Below are positions 19,012-29,413 of a stretch of DNA of 64,000 nt, piece after piece. Location of the stretch: positions 7,485 to 71,484 of the forward strand of contig CALFIX010000049.1 of the NCBI GenBank assembly GCA_937877515.1. The letters run 5' to 3'. Source of the DNA: an uncultured Treponema sp. GTDB taxonomy: Bacteria > Spirochaetota > Spirochaetia > Treponematales > Treponemataceae. Each line of letters starts with the position of its first letter. The first letter of the stretch is position 1. A model generated the notes under the pieces. It was not told where the DNA came from. It searched no databases and saw only the letters and a list, made by a program, of their open reading frames with translations. The translations under genes were made by a program, and so were the position numbers.

Positions 19012-22000
19012 ATGAAAATAAAAAGTATAAAAAGAATTTTTAAACATTTAAATTTAAAATGTGCGGGCTTTGTTCTGGCTTCCGTGTTTTCTTTAACCGG
19101 CTGTCTTAATAGTCTTGCTACCGTTCAGTCAGGTATTTCTGACGGAAGCTGTAAAGGGTACGGAAGTATTTCAATAAATAAAAATGCAGGCCGATCGGTA
19201 GATGTTTCTACACTTACAACTGCAACTGTAATAGTTTCTGGTTATGATATGACGGATTTAAGTGTTACCGGTGTTTCTCTTTCTGGCGGAACTGGCAGTG
19301 CTAGCATAGAAAATATTCCTGCAGGCTCTAACCGTGTTGTAACTGTAAAGAGTAATGTTGACGGGGCTTTGCTTCGCGGCCTTGTTGATGTTGTTGCAGA
19401 CACAGATAACTCCGTTAATGTAAACTGGAGTACAACAGCTGTTGCAAGTGTTTATTACTATCTTATAAAAAATGGTGTAGATGTTTCTAATGTTTCAGAA
19501 GAAGAGTTTTCTGACGCTATTCCAAGTGTTCATGCAAGTCTTGTAGATGCAGAAAGCATTGCAGAAGATTATATTGCAGGAAGTCTTTTAAGCAGTTCAA
19601 ATTATGTTCTTGACTATGGAACAGTAAGTGTTACAACAACAAATGCTTCCGGCTACACAATCTGGGTAACAGATGTTTCTTCCAGTAAAACAACAGTTTC
19701 TTCTGATTCCGAAAGTTTTACTCTTTTCGCTTATCCCGGTTCCTGGAAAGTTTATGTGCTTGACTCAGACGGAGAAGTAAAGGCAAGCAAGTCCATTACA
19801 GTTGTTTCCGGAGAAACAAGCACAGTAGATTTTGTTTATACCGCTGGCGGCGGAGATATAGACGGCATTACGATTCATGTTCCAGATAGCCTTGGTTACT
19901 CTTACATTTATGCATGGATGTCTAGTGGAACTTTAGCAGGTTCATGGCCTGGAACAAGCATGGGCTCCAGTTCTAACGGCTACTATACTTATACTCTTGA
20001 TGAAACTGCATGTAGCGTTATCTTTAATAGTGGAAGCGGAAGTCAGACAACTGACCTTTACATTACAGAAGGAGAGTGGAACTACATTGGCGGTTCATCT
20101 GGTAAAACAGATTCTGACGGTTCTTATATTTCTTCTAATTTTGAAGAAGTTTCAACTGAAGAAAGTTTTACTCTTACTGTAAAAAATCCATCTGATTCAA
20201 ATGATGTAAAGATTTATGTTTCGGCTTCATCGGCTCCTTCAATCTGGGTGTGGCAGCCTTCTGGTTTGGCCTGTTCTGAAGCAATGGGGTATACTTGGAC
20301 TAGTCAGCCTACAATGGATAGTGCAACAGACTTAAATTATAATTCTTACTGGTATGTATTTACAATTGAAGAAGATTATTATACCGAGGGAGAAGCTTTT
20401 AGCTTTATCCTTAATTCAGGAAGTACTGTTACAACTTCTAAGACAACAACATTCTGGTATGACTTGTATGGCGCATGCGGAACAAGTGGAGCTTTCTATG
20501 ATGAAGATCCAACAGAAGTTACAGAACCGGAAGTCCCGACCGTAACAATTAAACCTGCTGACGGAAAAAACGTTTCTACCAACGGTACAATTACTGTTAC
20601 ATTGACAGACGGAAATGACACAATAACGGATGCTTCTGTAACTGTAAGTGGTTCTGCAAATGCTAGTTATTCTTTAAGTGATTTTTCAAATTATGTTCTT
20701 TCGTTAAGTGTTTCTGACTTAGGACTTTCAGAGAGAGATTCTATTTTAGTTTCTGCAAGTGTTACAAACAGTGTTTCTACAGTAACAGATTCTTCACGCT
20801 TAACTGTAACAGAAGCTTCTACAGACTACTTTACCTGGGATAACGTAAACTGCTACTTTGTCTTGACAGACCGCTTTAATAATGGTGTAAGTGCAAATGA
20901 TCACTCTTATTACAGACAGAATGCAGACAACAATTCAAATTTAAGTTCTGACTATTATAATGTTGCAACATTCCATGGAGGAGATATTGCAGGCCTTACA
21001 GCAAAACTTGACTACTTTGATTCGCTTGGTGTAAACGCAATCTGGATTACAGCTCCTTACGAACAGGCACACGGCTGGTGTACAGGTGGCGGTAACGGTT
21101 TTCCTCATTATGCTTTCCACGGTTATTATACACTTGACTGGACATACATGGATCAGAGCATGGGTACCATTGAAGAATTCCGTACTTTTGTAAATGCATG
21201 CCATTCTAAGGGAATTCGGGTTGTAATGGATGTTGTCATGAACCATACGGGCTACAACACAGTTGAAGACATGCTTACCTATAAGTTTGGTCATTACAGT
21301 GCAATTACAAAGAGTCACGGCTGGTGTGCAAATGAAGGAAGCTGGACTGCAAACCCGGATTCTGAAAACGACAGCGACTACTGGTCAAATGATTACTGGG
21401 ATAATACATGGTGGGGCTGCTGGATTCGTTCATTCGGCTATTCAAGCTATGCAACAGGCGGAGATGTATACAGCTCTCTTGCAGGTCTTCCTGATATAAG
21501 AACAGAAATGACAGACTCTGTTTCTATTCCTACCTTCTTAAAGACAAAGTGGGCTTCTGAAACAGATTCAACTGCGGTTTCAACTTCTACAGGAAACACT
21601 CTCGGTAATACTTATGGAGACTACAAGCTTCCTTCTGTAAGTGATGTAGACTGGATGAGCGGAGATAACTATATTTCAAGCTCCAATGTAACTGGCGACT
21701 GGAGAGAAGATTCTAAGGGTGCCCCAAGTGACTATCAGGTAGTATGGCTTTCCGGCTGGGTTCGTGAATTTGGTATAGATGGATTTAGATGTGATACTGC
21801 AAAGCATGTTGACATGTTCAGATGGGGACAGCTGAAAGATGCCTGTGAAAGAGCTCTTGAAGCATGGCGTGAAGATGACTCTAAGGACAAAACTTATAAT
21901 GGAAGCGACACTGGGGCTGCTGACTGGGACGAAAGTTTCTGGATGACAGGTGAATGCTTTGGCTGGACAAGCATAGCCGGAAGCGGAGACTACTATACGA

Positions 22001-22662
22001 CCGGTAAGTTTGACTCCATGATTAATTTCTCATTCAATGGTTCTGCAACGTCAAGCACAACAAGTAACTATCCAAGCACAAGTACTTGGAGCAGCTATCT
22101 TAGCATAAACTCTAACAGTGACAGTGATTCAAACGGCAACATCAACAACGTATTAACTTATATTTCAAGCCATGACACCGCTTTGTGTCGTGCTTCCAAT
22201 CAGTATGAAGTGGGAACAATGCTTCAGCTTACTCCAGGCGGAATTCAGATTTACTACGGAGATGAATGCTCCAGGGGTCAGGCATATACTGGTTGCGGCG
22301 ACAGCGACATGATGACACGCGGAGACATGGACTTTAGTTCTAATTCCGGCTGTGTAAGTCACTGGGGTAAGGTTGGTACATTCCGTAAGTACAATCCTGC
22401 CGTAGGTGCGGGAACAGGAACCACATACAAGAGAACTTACAGTGGCTCTGCAGGTGAAAACAGTATTGCAATCAGCATTGACAGTACTACTGTTGATGTA
22501 AGTGATTTATATGACGACGGAACTACAGTTTACAACTGGTACGACGGAACTAGTGCAACAGTTTCTGGAGGAAGTGTAACATTCAGTTCTTCAAGTGCTT
22601 CAACTTCTTCTCCTGTTTTAGTTAGTGACAGAAATCCTAGCGATTGTGGTATTTCGTTCTAA
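19012..22662 (+). CDS. Lipid-anchored multidomain alpha-amylase (GH13, MalS-like) with starch-binding modules
   Basis: Lipobox SLTGC; FVLTDRF, FHGGD, DVVMNH, GIDGFRCDTAKH, MTGE and SSHD catalytic regions; YIYAW..WPG CBM26-like module. Confidence 0.9.
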   Translation: MKIKSIKRIFKHLNLKCAGFVLASVFSLTGCLNSLATVQSGISDGSCKGYGSISINKNAGRSVDVSTLTTATVIVSGYDMTDLSVTGVSLSGGTGSASIENIPAGSNRVVTVKSNVDGALLRGLVDVVADTDNSVNVNWSTTAVASVYYYLIKNGVDVSNVSEEEFSDAIPSVHASLVDAESIAEDYIAGSLLSSSNYVLDYGTVSVTTTNASGYTIWVTDVSSSKTTVSSDSESFTLFAYPGSWKVYVLDSDGEVKASKSITVVSGETSTVDFVYTAGGGDIDGITIHVPDSLGYSYIYAWMSSGTLAGSWPGTSMGSSSNGYYTYTLDETACSVIFNSGSGSQTTDLYITEGEWNYIGGSSGKTDSDGSYISSNFEEVSTEESFTLTVKNPSDSNDVKIYVSASSAPSIWVWQPSGLACSEAMGYTWTSQPTMDSATDLNYNSYWYVFTIEEDYYTEGEAFSFILNSGSTVTTSKTTTFWYDLYGACGTSGAFYDEDPTEVTEPEVPTVTIKPADGKNVSTNGTITVTLTDGNDTITDASVTVSGSANASYSLSDFSNYVLSLSVSDLGLSERDSILVSASVTNSVSTVTDSSRLTVTEASTDYFTWDNVNCYFVLTDRFNNGVSANDHSYYRQNADNNSNLSSDYYNVATFHGGDIAGLTAKLDYFDSLGVNAIWITAPYEQAHGWCTGGGNGFPHYAFHGYYTLDWTYMDQSMGTIEEFRTFVNACHSKGIRVVMDVVMNHTGYNTVEDMLTYKFGHYSAITKSHGWCANEGSWTANPDSENDSDYWSNDYWDNTWWGCWIRSFGYSSYATGGDVYSSLAGLPDIRTEMTDSVSIPTFLKTKWASETDSTAVSTSTGNTLGNTYGDYKLPSVSDVDWMSGDNYISSSNVTGDWREDSKGAPSDYQVVWLSGWVREFGIDGFRCDTAKHVDMFRWGQLKDACERALEAWREDDSKDKTYNGSDTGAADWDESFWMTGECFGWTSIAGSGDYYTTGKFDSMINFSFNGSATSSTTSNYPSTSTWSSYLSINSNSDSDSNGNINNVLTYISSHDTALCRASNQYEVGTMLQLTPGGIQIYYGDECSRGQAYTGCGDSDMMTRGDMDFSSNSGCVSHWGKVGTFRKYNPAVGAGTGTTYKRTYSGSAGENSIAISIDSTTVDVSDLYDDGTTVYNWYDGTSATVSGGSVTFSSSSASTSSPVLVSDRNPSDCGISF

Positions 22663-22684
22663 AATATTTCTTTTCTAAAAAATT

Positions 22685-22720
22685 AAGAAGGACTTTTAAA
22701 CTTATAGTAGTCCTTCTTTT
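22685..22720 (+). terminator. Terminator after amylase gene
   Basis: AAGAAGGACT...AGTCCTTCTT-TT stem. Confidence 0.65.
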
Positions 22721-22763
22721 ATAAGTTACACGACAACGTCACAGTAGTAATATAATACAGTGA

Positions 22764-22842
22764 ACCTACGCCCGTCTGTAGCCGTGCCGAAGACAGTGCG
22801 CCAGCACCAAGCGAAAAGCGGAGCGGCGAAAGACGGGTTGGC
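22764..22842 (+). repeat. Intergenic nested-hairpin repeat, family A
   Basis: ACCTACGCCCGTCT ... AGACGGG outer stem; GC-rich interior in AT-rich context. Confidence 0.6.
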
Positions 22843-22868
22843 TAAATAAGTTTTTTTTGAGCCTTGTC

Positions 22869-23561
22869 TTATAAGGTGTCGTCCGTAAAATCAGATTGTT
22901 GATTTTGTGGAGCTTCAAAAGATTCTTCTTTAGTGGTATCGATAGAATTTTCTTCTTTTTGAATTCCCGGTAATGATGTGTCTATGACTTTTTTAGGCGG
23001 AAGCTGAGACGGCGGAAGCTCTATGGTGCAGCCCTCGTCAGCTTTCAGTTTTACGGCAAGTCCTGTAGTTGTAACCCTTAGGCGGGTTTCCGTGCTTAAA
23101 GATGAGTCTGATGCATTTTCTTCGGTTAGCGATGTGCTTACGTATAGGATTGCATCTGCTCCGTTATACTGTGCGGTTTCTATCATGCGGTAAGTTGCGA
23201 GGGCTACGGCTCTTTCCCTTACTGTAAGATTTTTTTGATTTGCGTTTCCTATAAAACCGTAGTTACCGCTGTCGCCGCGGATTGTGTAAGAGTTTACTTT
23301 TGATTCCCCAAGTGCATAAGCTTTGCTGTCATGCAGCAGGTCTGAACTTTTTACTGTAATTGAGCTTGTTCCGCTTACCTGACCTAAGATGATGTATTGG
23401 TCGCGGCTGAGGCTTCCCAAATCTAAAGTGGCTTCCGGCATGGCCCTGTATGTTATAGCCTGATTTGACGCACAGGAAAGTGCAGAAAGTGACAGTGCTG
23501 CAAGAAACAGAACTTCCAGCCTTTGAGCCTTAAAGAAGGCAGATTTTAAACTTTTTTTCAT
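22869..23561 (-). CDS. Hypothetical lipoprotein
   Basis: Lipobox ALSC; GGAGG RBS; 230-aa ORF. Confidence 0.7.
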   Translation of the reverse strand: MKKSLKSAFFKAQRLEVLFLAALSLSALSCASNQAITYRAMPEATLDLGSLSRDQYIILGQVSGTSSITVKSSDLLHDSKAYALGESKVNSYTIRGDSGNYGFIGNANQKNLTVRERAVALATYRMIETAQYNGADAILYVSTSLTEENASDSSLSTETRLRVTTTGLAVKLKADEGCTIELPPSQLPPKKVIDTSLPGIQKEENSIDTTKEESFEAPQNQQSDFTDDTL

Positions 23562-23634
23562 TTTTATCCTCCGTAACTTTTTATATGCTTAAAGTTTAAC
23601 ATGAAAATCTGCCTTTCGCAATTTATAATGGGGA

Positions 23635-23702
23635 TTGTGTGAGTAGTAAGAAAGTGCTATAATTATGCAAAATTTTGAGTAAGGAGTGCATAAAAATGCA
23701 AT
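23635..23702 (+). promoter_or_regulatory. argJBD promoter with two ARG-box-like operators
   Basis: TTGTGT-17-TATAAT; palindrome TGCATAAAAATGCA (23687-23700) over the start codon and GCTATAATTATGCA (23656-23669) over the -10. Confidence 0.65.
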
Positions 23703-24964
23703 TTATAGACGGCGGAGTTACAGCTCCAAAAGGTTTTACGGCAAACGGAATGCTTTGTGGCATAAAAAAAGGACGCACAAAAAATGATACCGCTTTAATT
23801 TTTAGCGAAAAGCCTTGCAGCGCGGCAGGACTTTTTACTCAGAATAAGGTAAAGGCAGAAAGCGTTAAGTTAACTCAAAAGCATATTGCAGATGGCGTTG
23901 CCCAGGCGGTAATTGCAAACAGTGGAAACGCAAATGCATGTACAGGAGAAGAAGGTGCAAAAGTTGCATTCCGCATGGCAGAATTGGCTGCTACTTCTTT
24001 GGGAATAAAGGCAGAAGATGTAATTGTCTGCTCAACCGGCGTCATAGGTCAGCAGCTTCCTGTTGAGGTAATAGAAAAAAACATTGAAACACTAAAGGCA
24101 GGTCTCAGTAAGGAAGGACATAAGGAAGCACGCGTCGCCATAATGACGACTGACACTCATTATAAAGAATGTGCTGTTGAGTTTGACCTCGGCGGAAAAA
24201 CCGTTCGCTTAGGCACCATGTGTAAGGGAAGCGGAATGATTCACATAAACCTTGGGACCATGCTTAGTTTTGTTACGACAGACTGTGCAATTACAAGTGA
24301 AATGCTGAAAACTGCCCTTAAACGAAGCGTAGAAAAAACATACAACTGTGTTTCTGTAGACGGAGACACAAGTACAAATGACACCCTTACGGTTTTAGCA
24401 AACGGTATGGCAGGAAACACTTTGATAGACTCTGAGGGAAAAGATTTTGACACCTTCTGCGAGGCGCTTGACGCACTGAATACCGTGATGGCAAAGAAGA
24501 TTGCCGCAGACGGAGAGGGAGCCACCCACCTAGTTGAGTGTAATGTAAACGGAGCCTTTAGCGTAGAAGATGCAAGAGGACTTTCAAAGGCAATAATTTC
24601 TTCTAGTCTTGCAAAGGCTGCTATTTTTGGAGCTGATGCAAACTTCGGACGCTTCCTTTGTGCAATGGGCTACTCGGGATATAATTTTACACCGGAAAAA
24701 ACCAGTATCTGGTTTACATGTAACCCGGAAAATGACCGCTACTTTGACGAAACAAAGCCTTTTAGTGTTCATGGAGAAAAGAGCGTGCAGGTGTTTAAGG
24801 ACGGAGTGCCCTTAGATTTTGATGAAGGGCTTGCATCAGAAATTTTAAAATGCCCTGCGGTTGAAATTTTAGTTGAATGCAAGGACGGTTCAGCAAGCGG
24901 AACTGCATGGGGCTGCGACTTGACGTATGACTACGTAAAGATAAACGGCGACTACAGAACTTAA
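23696..24964 (+). CDS. argJ: Ornithine acetyltransferase / N-acetylglutamate synthase
   Basis: NSGNANACTG, STGVIG, KGSGMIH, VDGDTSTND, ADGEGAT and WGCDLTYDYVKINGDYRT motifs. Confidence 0.96.
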   Translation: MQFIDGGVTAPKGFTANGMLCGIKKGRTKNDTALIFSEKPCSAAGLFTQNKVKAESVKLTQKHIADGVAQAVIANSGNANACTGEEGAKVAFRMAELAATSLGIKAEDVIVCSTGVIGQQLPVEVIEKNIETLKAGLSKEGHKEARVAIMTTDTHYKECAVEFDLGGKTVRLGTMCKGSGMIHINLGTMLSFVTTDCAITSEMLKTALKRSVEKTYNCVSVDGDTSTNDTLTVLANGMAGNTLIDSEGKDFDTFCEALDALNTVMAKKIAADGEGATHLVECNVNGAFSVEDARGLSKAIISSSLAKAAIFGADANFGRFLCAMGYSGYNFTPEKTSIWFTCNPENDRYFDETKPFSVHGEKSVQVFKDGVPLDFDEGLASEILKCPAVEILVECKDGSASGTAWGCDLTYDYVKINGDYRT

Positions 24965-24995
24965 AGATACAGCGTAAAGGCTTTGGAGAAAAATT

Positions 24996-25895
24996 ATGGA
25001 TTTGGATAAAAATAATGAGGCAGTAAATCCCCGTTTAGATAACGAGCACTGGGCAGACGTTCTTGTTCAGGCGCTCCCTTACTTTAAGCACTGGGTTGGA
25101 AAGGTTGTAGTTGTAAAGTACGGTGGAAACGCGATGCTTAACGAAGAGTTAAAGGCAGACGTAATGGAAGACATCGTGCTTTTAAACACAATTGGAATAC
25201 ACGTTGTTTTAGTTCATGGAGGCGGACCGGAGATTAACCACATGCTTGAGCGTGTCGGTAAGGAGAGCAGGTTTGTAAACGGACTTCGCTACACGGACGG
25301 CGAGACAATGGAAATTGTTCAGATGGTGCTGACAGGAAAGCTTAACAAGGACATCGTTGGACTTCTGTTACAGAAAGGCGGAAAGGCTGTAGGATTAAGT
25401 GGTGTTGACTCAGGTCTTTTACGCGCAAGGAAGATTGATAAGGACGGAGCAGATTTAGGCTTTGTCGGAGAGGTTACGGAAGTTCACCCGGAAATCATTC
25501 AGTCTCTTTTGGACCAGGATTTCATCCCTGTTGTAAGCACTGTTGCCCTGGGAGAGACCGGAGATTACAACAGATACAACATAAACGCGGATACTGCGGC
25601 TGCAAAAATTGCCGTTGCCTTGAAAGCGGAAAAATTTGTTCAGCTTACAAACGTTCCTGGCGTTCTTCGCGATGTAAATGATCCTAAAAGCCTCATTCAG
25701 AGGATTCACATTCAAGATGTGCAGGGGTATATTGACGACGGAACCATTGCAGGCGGAATGATTCCGAAAATTGAATGCTGCATGCTTGCCCGTAACGGTG
25801 GCGTTCCTCGTACTCACATTATAGACGGCCGCGTCCCCCACTCCCTCCTGATAGAGATGTTCTCTGACAGAGGTATAGGAACTATGATTTACTAG
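24996..25895 (+). CDS. argB: Acetylglutamate kinase
   Basis: [31 protein letters not shown]. Confidence 0.96.
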   Translation: MDLDKNNEAVNPRLDNEHWADVLVQALPYFKHWVGKVVVVKYGGNAMLNEELKADVMEDIVLLNTIGIHVVLVHGGGPEINHMLERVGKESRFVNGLRYTDGETMEIVQMVLTGKLNKDIVGLLLQKGGKAVGLSGVDSGLLRARKIDKDGADLGFVGEVTEVHPEIIQSLLDQDFIPVVSTVALGETGDYNRYNINADTAAAKIAVALKAEKFVQLTNVPGVLRDVNDPKSLIQRIHIQDVQGYIDDGTIAGGMIPKIECCMLARNGGVPRTHIIDGRVPHSLLIEMFSDRGIGTMIY

Positions 25896-25941
25896 AAGAT
25901 TGCCTCCTGCAATTTATCAATTATAAAAACTGGAGAAGAAT

Positions 25942-27108
25942 ATGGCAAATTCCAAGATTGTAAATAACTACGGTTCATTTGACGTAACTTTTAAAAGCGG
26001 CAAAGGCTCAACACTGACAGATGTAAACGGTAAGAAGTATATAGACTTTCTGGCAGGCATTGCAGTTAATGCCTTAGGACACAACTTCAAGCCTCTCGTT
26101 CGTGCAATTCAAAAACAGGCTGCACGCGAAATTCACATCTGTAATTATTACACAAGTGACACGGGAAACGCTTACGTAGAGGAGCTCTTAAAGGCAACAG
26201 GCTTTGAAGGAGTTTACTTTGGTAACAGCGGTGCTGAGGCAAACGAGGCCGCCATAAAGCTTGCCCGTAAGTACGGAGAGCTGACCGGCGGAACAAATAA
26301 AAAGACAATTGTTACGCTGGAAAAATCTTTTCATGGACGGACTCTTGCAACAATAAGAGCTACAGGTCAGGAAAAGTTTCATCCTTCATGCTTTGCTCCG
26401 TACCCTGAAGGCTTTAAGACGATAAGGGCAAATGATTACGAGGCATTAAAAACTGCTTTTGATGAAAACACCTGTGCCTTGATGATGGAATGCGTTCAGG
26501 GAGAAGGCGGCGTAATTCTTATCGAAAAGGAATGGGCAAAGAAAGCTGCGGAAGCGGCCCGCAAAGCGGGTGCAATCGTAATAGCAGATGAAGTTCAGAC
26601 TGGAATGGGACGCACTGGAAGCCTTCTTGCAAGCGAACAGCTGGAGTTCAATCCGGAAGTCGTAACTTTAGCAAAGGGCATTGCCGGCGGTGTTCCTATG
26701 GGAGCGTGTCTTTTCCGTGGTAATGCTAATGGAGTATTTAAGGCAGGAGACCATCAGTCTACATTTGGTGGAAATCCTTTGGCATGCAGTGCTGCCCGCG
26801 TTGTATTAAAAACTTTAACGAGTCCGGACTTTCTTACCCGCGTAACAGAAAACGGCGAGTACATGAGGGGTCAGATAAGAAAGTGGAACCTAAACTGCAT
26901 AAAGGACATTCGCGGTTTGGGTCTTATGACTGGAGTAGAGCTTGTGCCGGAGCTGAATCCCGTTCAGATAGAAAAAGAATGTCTTGAGGCAGGGCTTTTG
27001 TTCTCTACGGCAGGAGAGCACACACTCCGCCTGGTTCCGCCTTTAAATATCAAGCGGAGCGAAATAGACAAGGGCTTAAGCATTCTTCATGCAGTGCTTG
27101 CGAAGTAA
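25942..27108 (+). CDS. argD: Acetylornithine aminotransferase
   Basis: NSGAEANEAAIK, FHGRT, DEVQTGMGRTG, LAKGIAGG, TFGGNP. Confidence 0.93.
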   Translation: MANSKIVNNYGSFDVTFKSGKGSTLTDVNGKKYIDFLAGIAVNALGHNFKPLVRAIQKQAAREIHICNYYTSDTGNAYVEELLKATGFEGVYFGNSGAEANEAAIKLARKYGELTGGTNKKTIVTLEKSFHGRTLATIRATGQEKFHPSCFAPYPEGFKTIRANDYEALKTAFDENTCALMMECVQGEGGVILIEKEWAKKAAEAARKAGAIVIADEVQTGMGRTGSLLASEQLEFNPEVVTLAKGIAGGVPMGACLFRGNANGVFKAGDHQSTFGGNPLACSAARVVLKTLTSPDFLTRVTENGEYMRGQIRKWNLNCIKDIRGLGLMTGVELVPELNPVQIEKECLEAGLLFSTAGEHTLRLVPPLNIKRSEIDKGLSILHAVLAK

Positions 27109-27132
27109 AATCATCTGGGGTATTATAGGCTC

Positions 27133-28620
27133 ATGTATAAGAAAATAATACCCGCAGTTTTTATAATTGTTTTTGCATCGTTTTTAGTAATTTTTTTAGC
27201 AAATAGATATTTTAAGAGCTCTGACTCTACAAGCAGCGTTTCAAAGCTTACGGTTCCTCAGGTAAATACGGAGAGTGAAAATGGAGCCGTAAGTTCTTCT
27301 TATTTAGATGATGAGTCTTCTTTAGTTTCTTTAATTCCCCTGGAAGACGATGAAACTTTAATAAGCGTTTTAAGCCAGGATTTTGATGGCGACGGCTATG
27401 ATGATCAGGTAAATGCAATTAAGACAATAAAAAATCCTCATCTTTTACTCCTGGTCGGAATTTATAACACGAAAATTTCAAAATACGAAAGAAAGGCCTT
27501 AATAGAAACTCCTGTAACACAGGTAAAAACTTTTTCATATACAGGTCTTGATTTAACGGGAATTCATAGGACAGCCTTGGTATATCAGGGTTTTTCAGAA
27601 GATGGAGAGTCTGTCCTGTCTGCTTTCTTTCTGGAACACAAGGGAGAAGAATTTGTCGTTAAAAATATTGCAGAGCTAAAAGCTGACGGCACAATTTTTA
27701 TTCAGCAGTCAGAGAGAATAGAAGCCTATGAAAAGTCTCAGGCAAATGGAGGAAGCTACCCGATATGGGTTTATACAACAGACACGGAAAAAACTAACAG
27801 TACAGACCAGATTCAAACTAAATATGACTGGAATGCTTCAGAAGAAAAATATGTACAGGTAGAACAGTTTAGGGTTGCAGGAAGCCGTTTGGCGCAGGCA
27901 GAACTTTCCCGCATTCAGGACGGTACGGTAGAAACATTTGCTTCATTTTTGAATGGTCTCTGGTATAAGACAGAACTTTCCAGCGACGGCTCAAACTGTT
28001 ATATCTTCTTTGACTACGATGCCAAAGAAATTATTTTCTTTCAAGAAGGTGAAGAAAAAGTATATCACTGGGTAATGAGTACGCTTAGACGAAACGGCAT
28101 ATATCTTTCTACAACCAGTCAGGAAATAGAAAGCCTTCAGACAAGAGTTGATGTCTCGCTTCGCGGTGTAGATGAAATACATGTTCGCATGCAGGATGAC
28201 ATTAGACTTTTAATAAAAGAAAGCAATTTATGGGACGGCGATTATAAAAAATTAAATGTTTCGTCTTATAAAAAGACTAAAAGTGTAGAAAATTCTTTTT
28301 CTGACATAGCTTCATTTTTAGAAAAAGGACGAACCTGGTCACTTGATAACGGAGTGGAAGTAACTTTTAAAAATGGAAGCTATACCGCTTTGGGGCAGGG
28401 ACATGAAGATAAGGGAATATATAACGGAATGATTTTAAACGGTAAGTCTTTTATTCAGTTCAGGTCTAATACTCAAGATAAAATTTTTAACGGAATGTAT
28501 CTAGTAACTCAAGGACTGGAAGATACCGTTACTTTAGAGCCGTACACCATACTTCCAAACGAAATGTATCCCTCAGAAGGAGTGTACATTACTCTAAAGA
28601 AAGTTGTCCTGGATAATTAG
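27133..28620 (+). CDS. Membrane-anchored protein resembling treponemal pallilysin-related adhesins
   Basis: N-terminal TM anchor; DFDGDGYDDQ motif; resemblance is from recall only. Confidence 0.55.
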   Translation: MYKKIIPAVFIIVFASFLVIFLANRYFKSSDSTSSVSKLTVPQVNTESENGAVSSSYLDDESSLVSLIPLEDDETLISVLSQDFDGDGYDDQVNAIKTIKNPHLLLLVGIYNTKISKYERKALIETPVTQVKTFSYTGLDLTGIHRTALVYQGFSEDGESVLSAFFLEHKGEEFVVKNIAELKADGTIFIQQSERIEAYEKSQANGGSYPIWVYTTDTEKTNSTDQIQTKYDWNASEEKYVQVEQFRVAGSRLAQAELSRIQDGTVETFASFLNGLWYKTELSSDGSNCYIFFDYDAKEIIFFQEGEEKVYHWVMSTLRRNGIYLSTTSQEIESLQTRVDVSLRGVDEIHVRMQDDIRLLIKESNLWDGDYKKLNVSSYKKTKSVENSFSDIASFLEKGRTWSLDNGVEVTFKNGSYTALGQGHEDKGIYNGMILNGKSFIQFRSNTQDKIFNGMYLVTQGLEDTVTLEPYTILPNEMYPSEGVYITLKKVVLDN

Positions 28621-29276
28621 CGGATAAGCCTTATGTTGTCTATGTTCAGTTCGCCGGAAAGAGCTTTGCCGTAAATAACAATCATTGCCTTTTTTATATT
28701 GTCTGCTTCCGTAATGCCTGGAACCTGCAGACCGTTTTCGTCTGTTGTCTGGTTTAGAAGGCTGAACATTACGTTTGTGTTTAGTCCGGAACCCAGTGTA
28801 ACTTTTTCTGTGTAGGTAGTCTCTTTTGTTTTTCCTGCTTCTATGGCAAGCTGAACTGTAATAGACTTTGAAAGAGTGTTGTTTACGTCAAAAATAAAGT
28901 ATTTTGCTCCGGTCCAGTTTGTGTCTATAAGCCCCTCGCAGTAGAAAACTGCATTTTCTTCCTGCGGTATGCTCATGAACTGCCATAGACCGGAAACTTC
29001 GCCTTCGCTAGACCAGTCTTCCGTCAGGTCGGCATCTGTTGCATAACTTTCGCCTTCTGCCTGCCAAAAGTTTCCTTCTTCAAAACTGTCTAAAAGTTCA
29101 ATATCGCCATCCGGCAGAACATTGTGAATAGCGTGAACGTTTTTTGAGCTTTCCTGGTTAGGCTCTGCTGTTTTTTCTTTTACGGAAGAGATGTTTGACG
29201 TTGTAGTGCAGCTGAACATGCTTAACGTAAATGCCAGAGTAAAAATTACAAGTGATATGTATGCTTTTTTTTTCAT
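28617..29276 (-). CDS. Lipoprotein with carbohydrate-binding-module-like (jelly-roll) domain
   Basis: Lipobox MFSC; SFEEG...NWTG...IDNIRL pattern. Confidence 0.55.
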   Translation of the reverse strand: MKKKAYISLVIFTLAFTLSMFSCTTTSNISSVKEKTAEPNQESSKNVHAIHNVLPDGDIELLDSFEEGNFWQAEGESYATDADLTEDWSSEGEVSGLWQFMSIPQEENAVFYCEGLIDTNWTGAKYFIFDVNNTLSKSITVQLAIEAGKTKETTYTEKVTLGSGLNTNVMFSLLNQTTDENGLQVPGITEADNIKKAMIVIYGKALSGELNIDNIRLIR

Positions 29277-29413
29277 TTTCCTGTCCTTTAGTTTACCGCA
29301 ACTATTTTATAATAAAAAAAGGCATTTGTGAATATTTTTAATTTGAAAGTTAACAAAAGTCGGGCTATAATTTTTTTATAGTACTTTAAAATCCTGTTTG
29401 AAAGGCTTATTAG

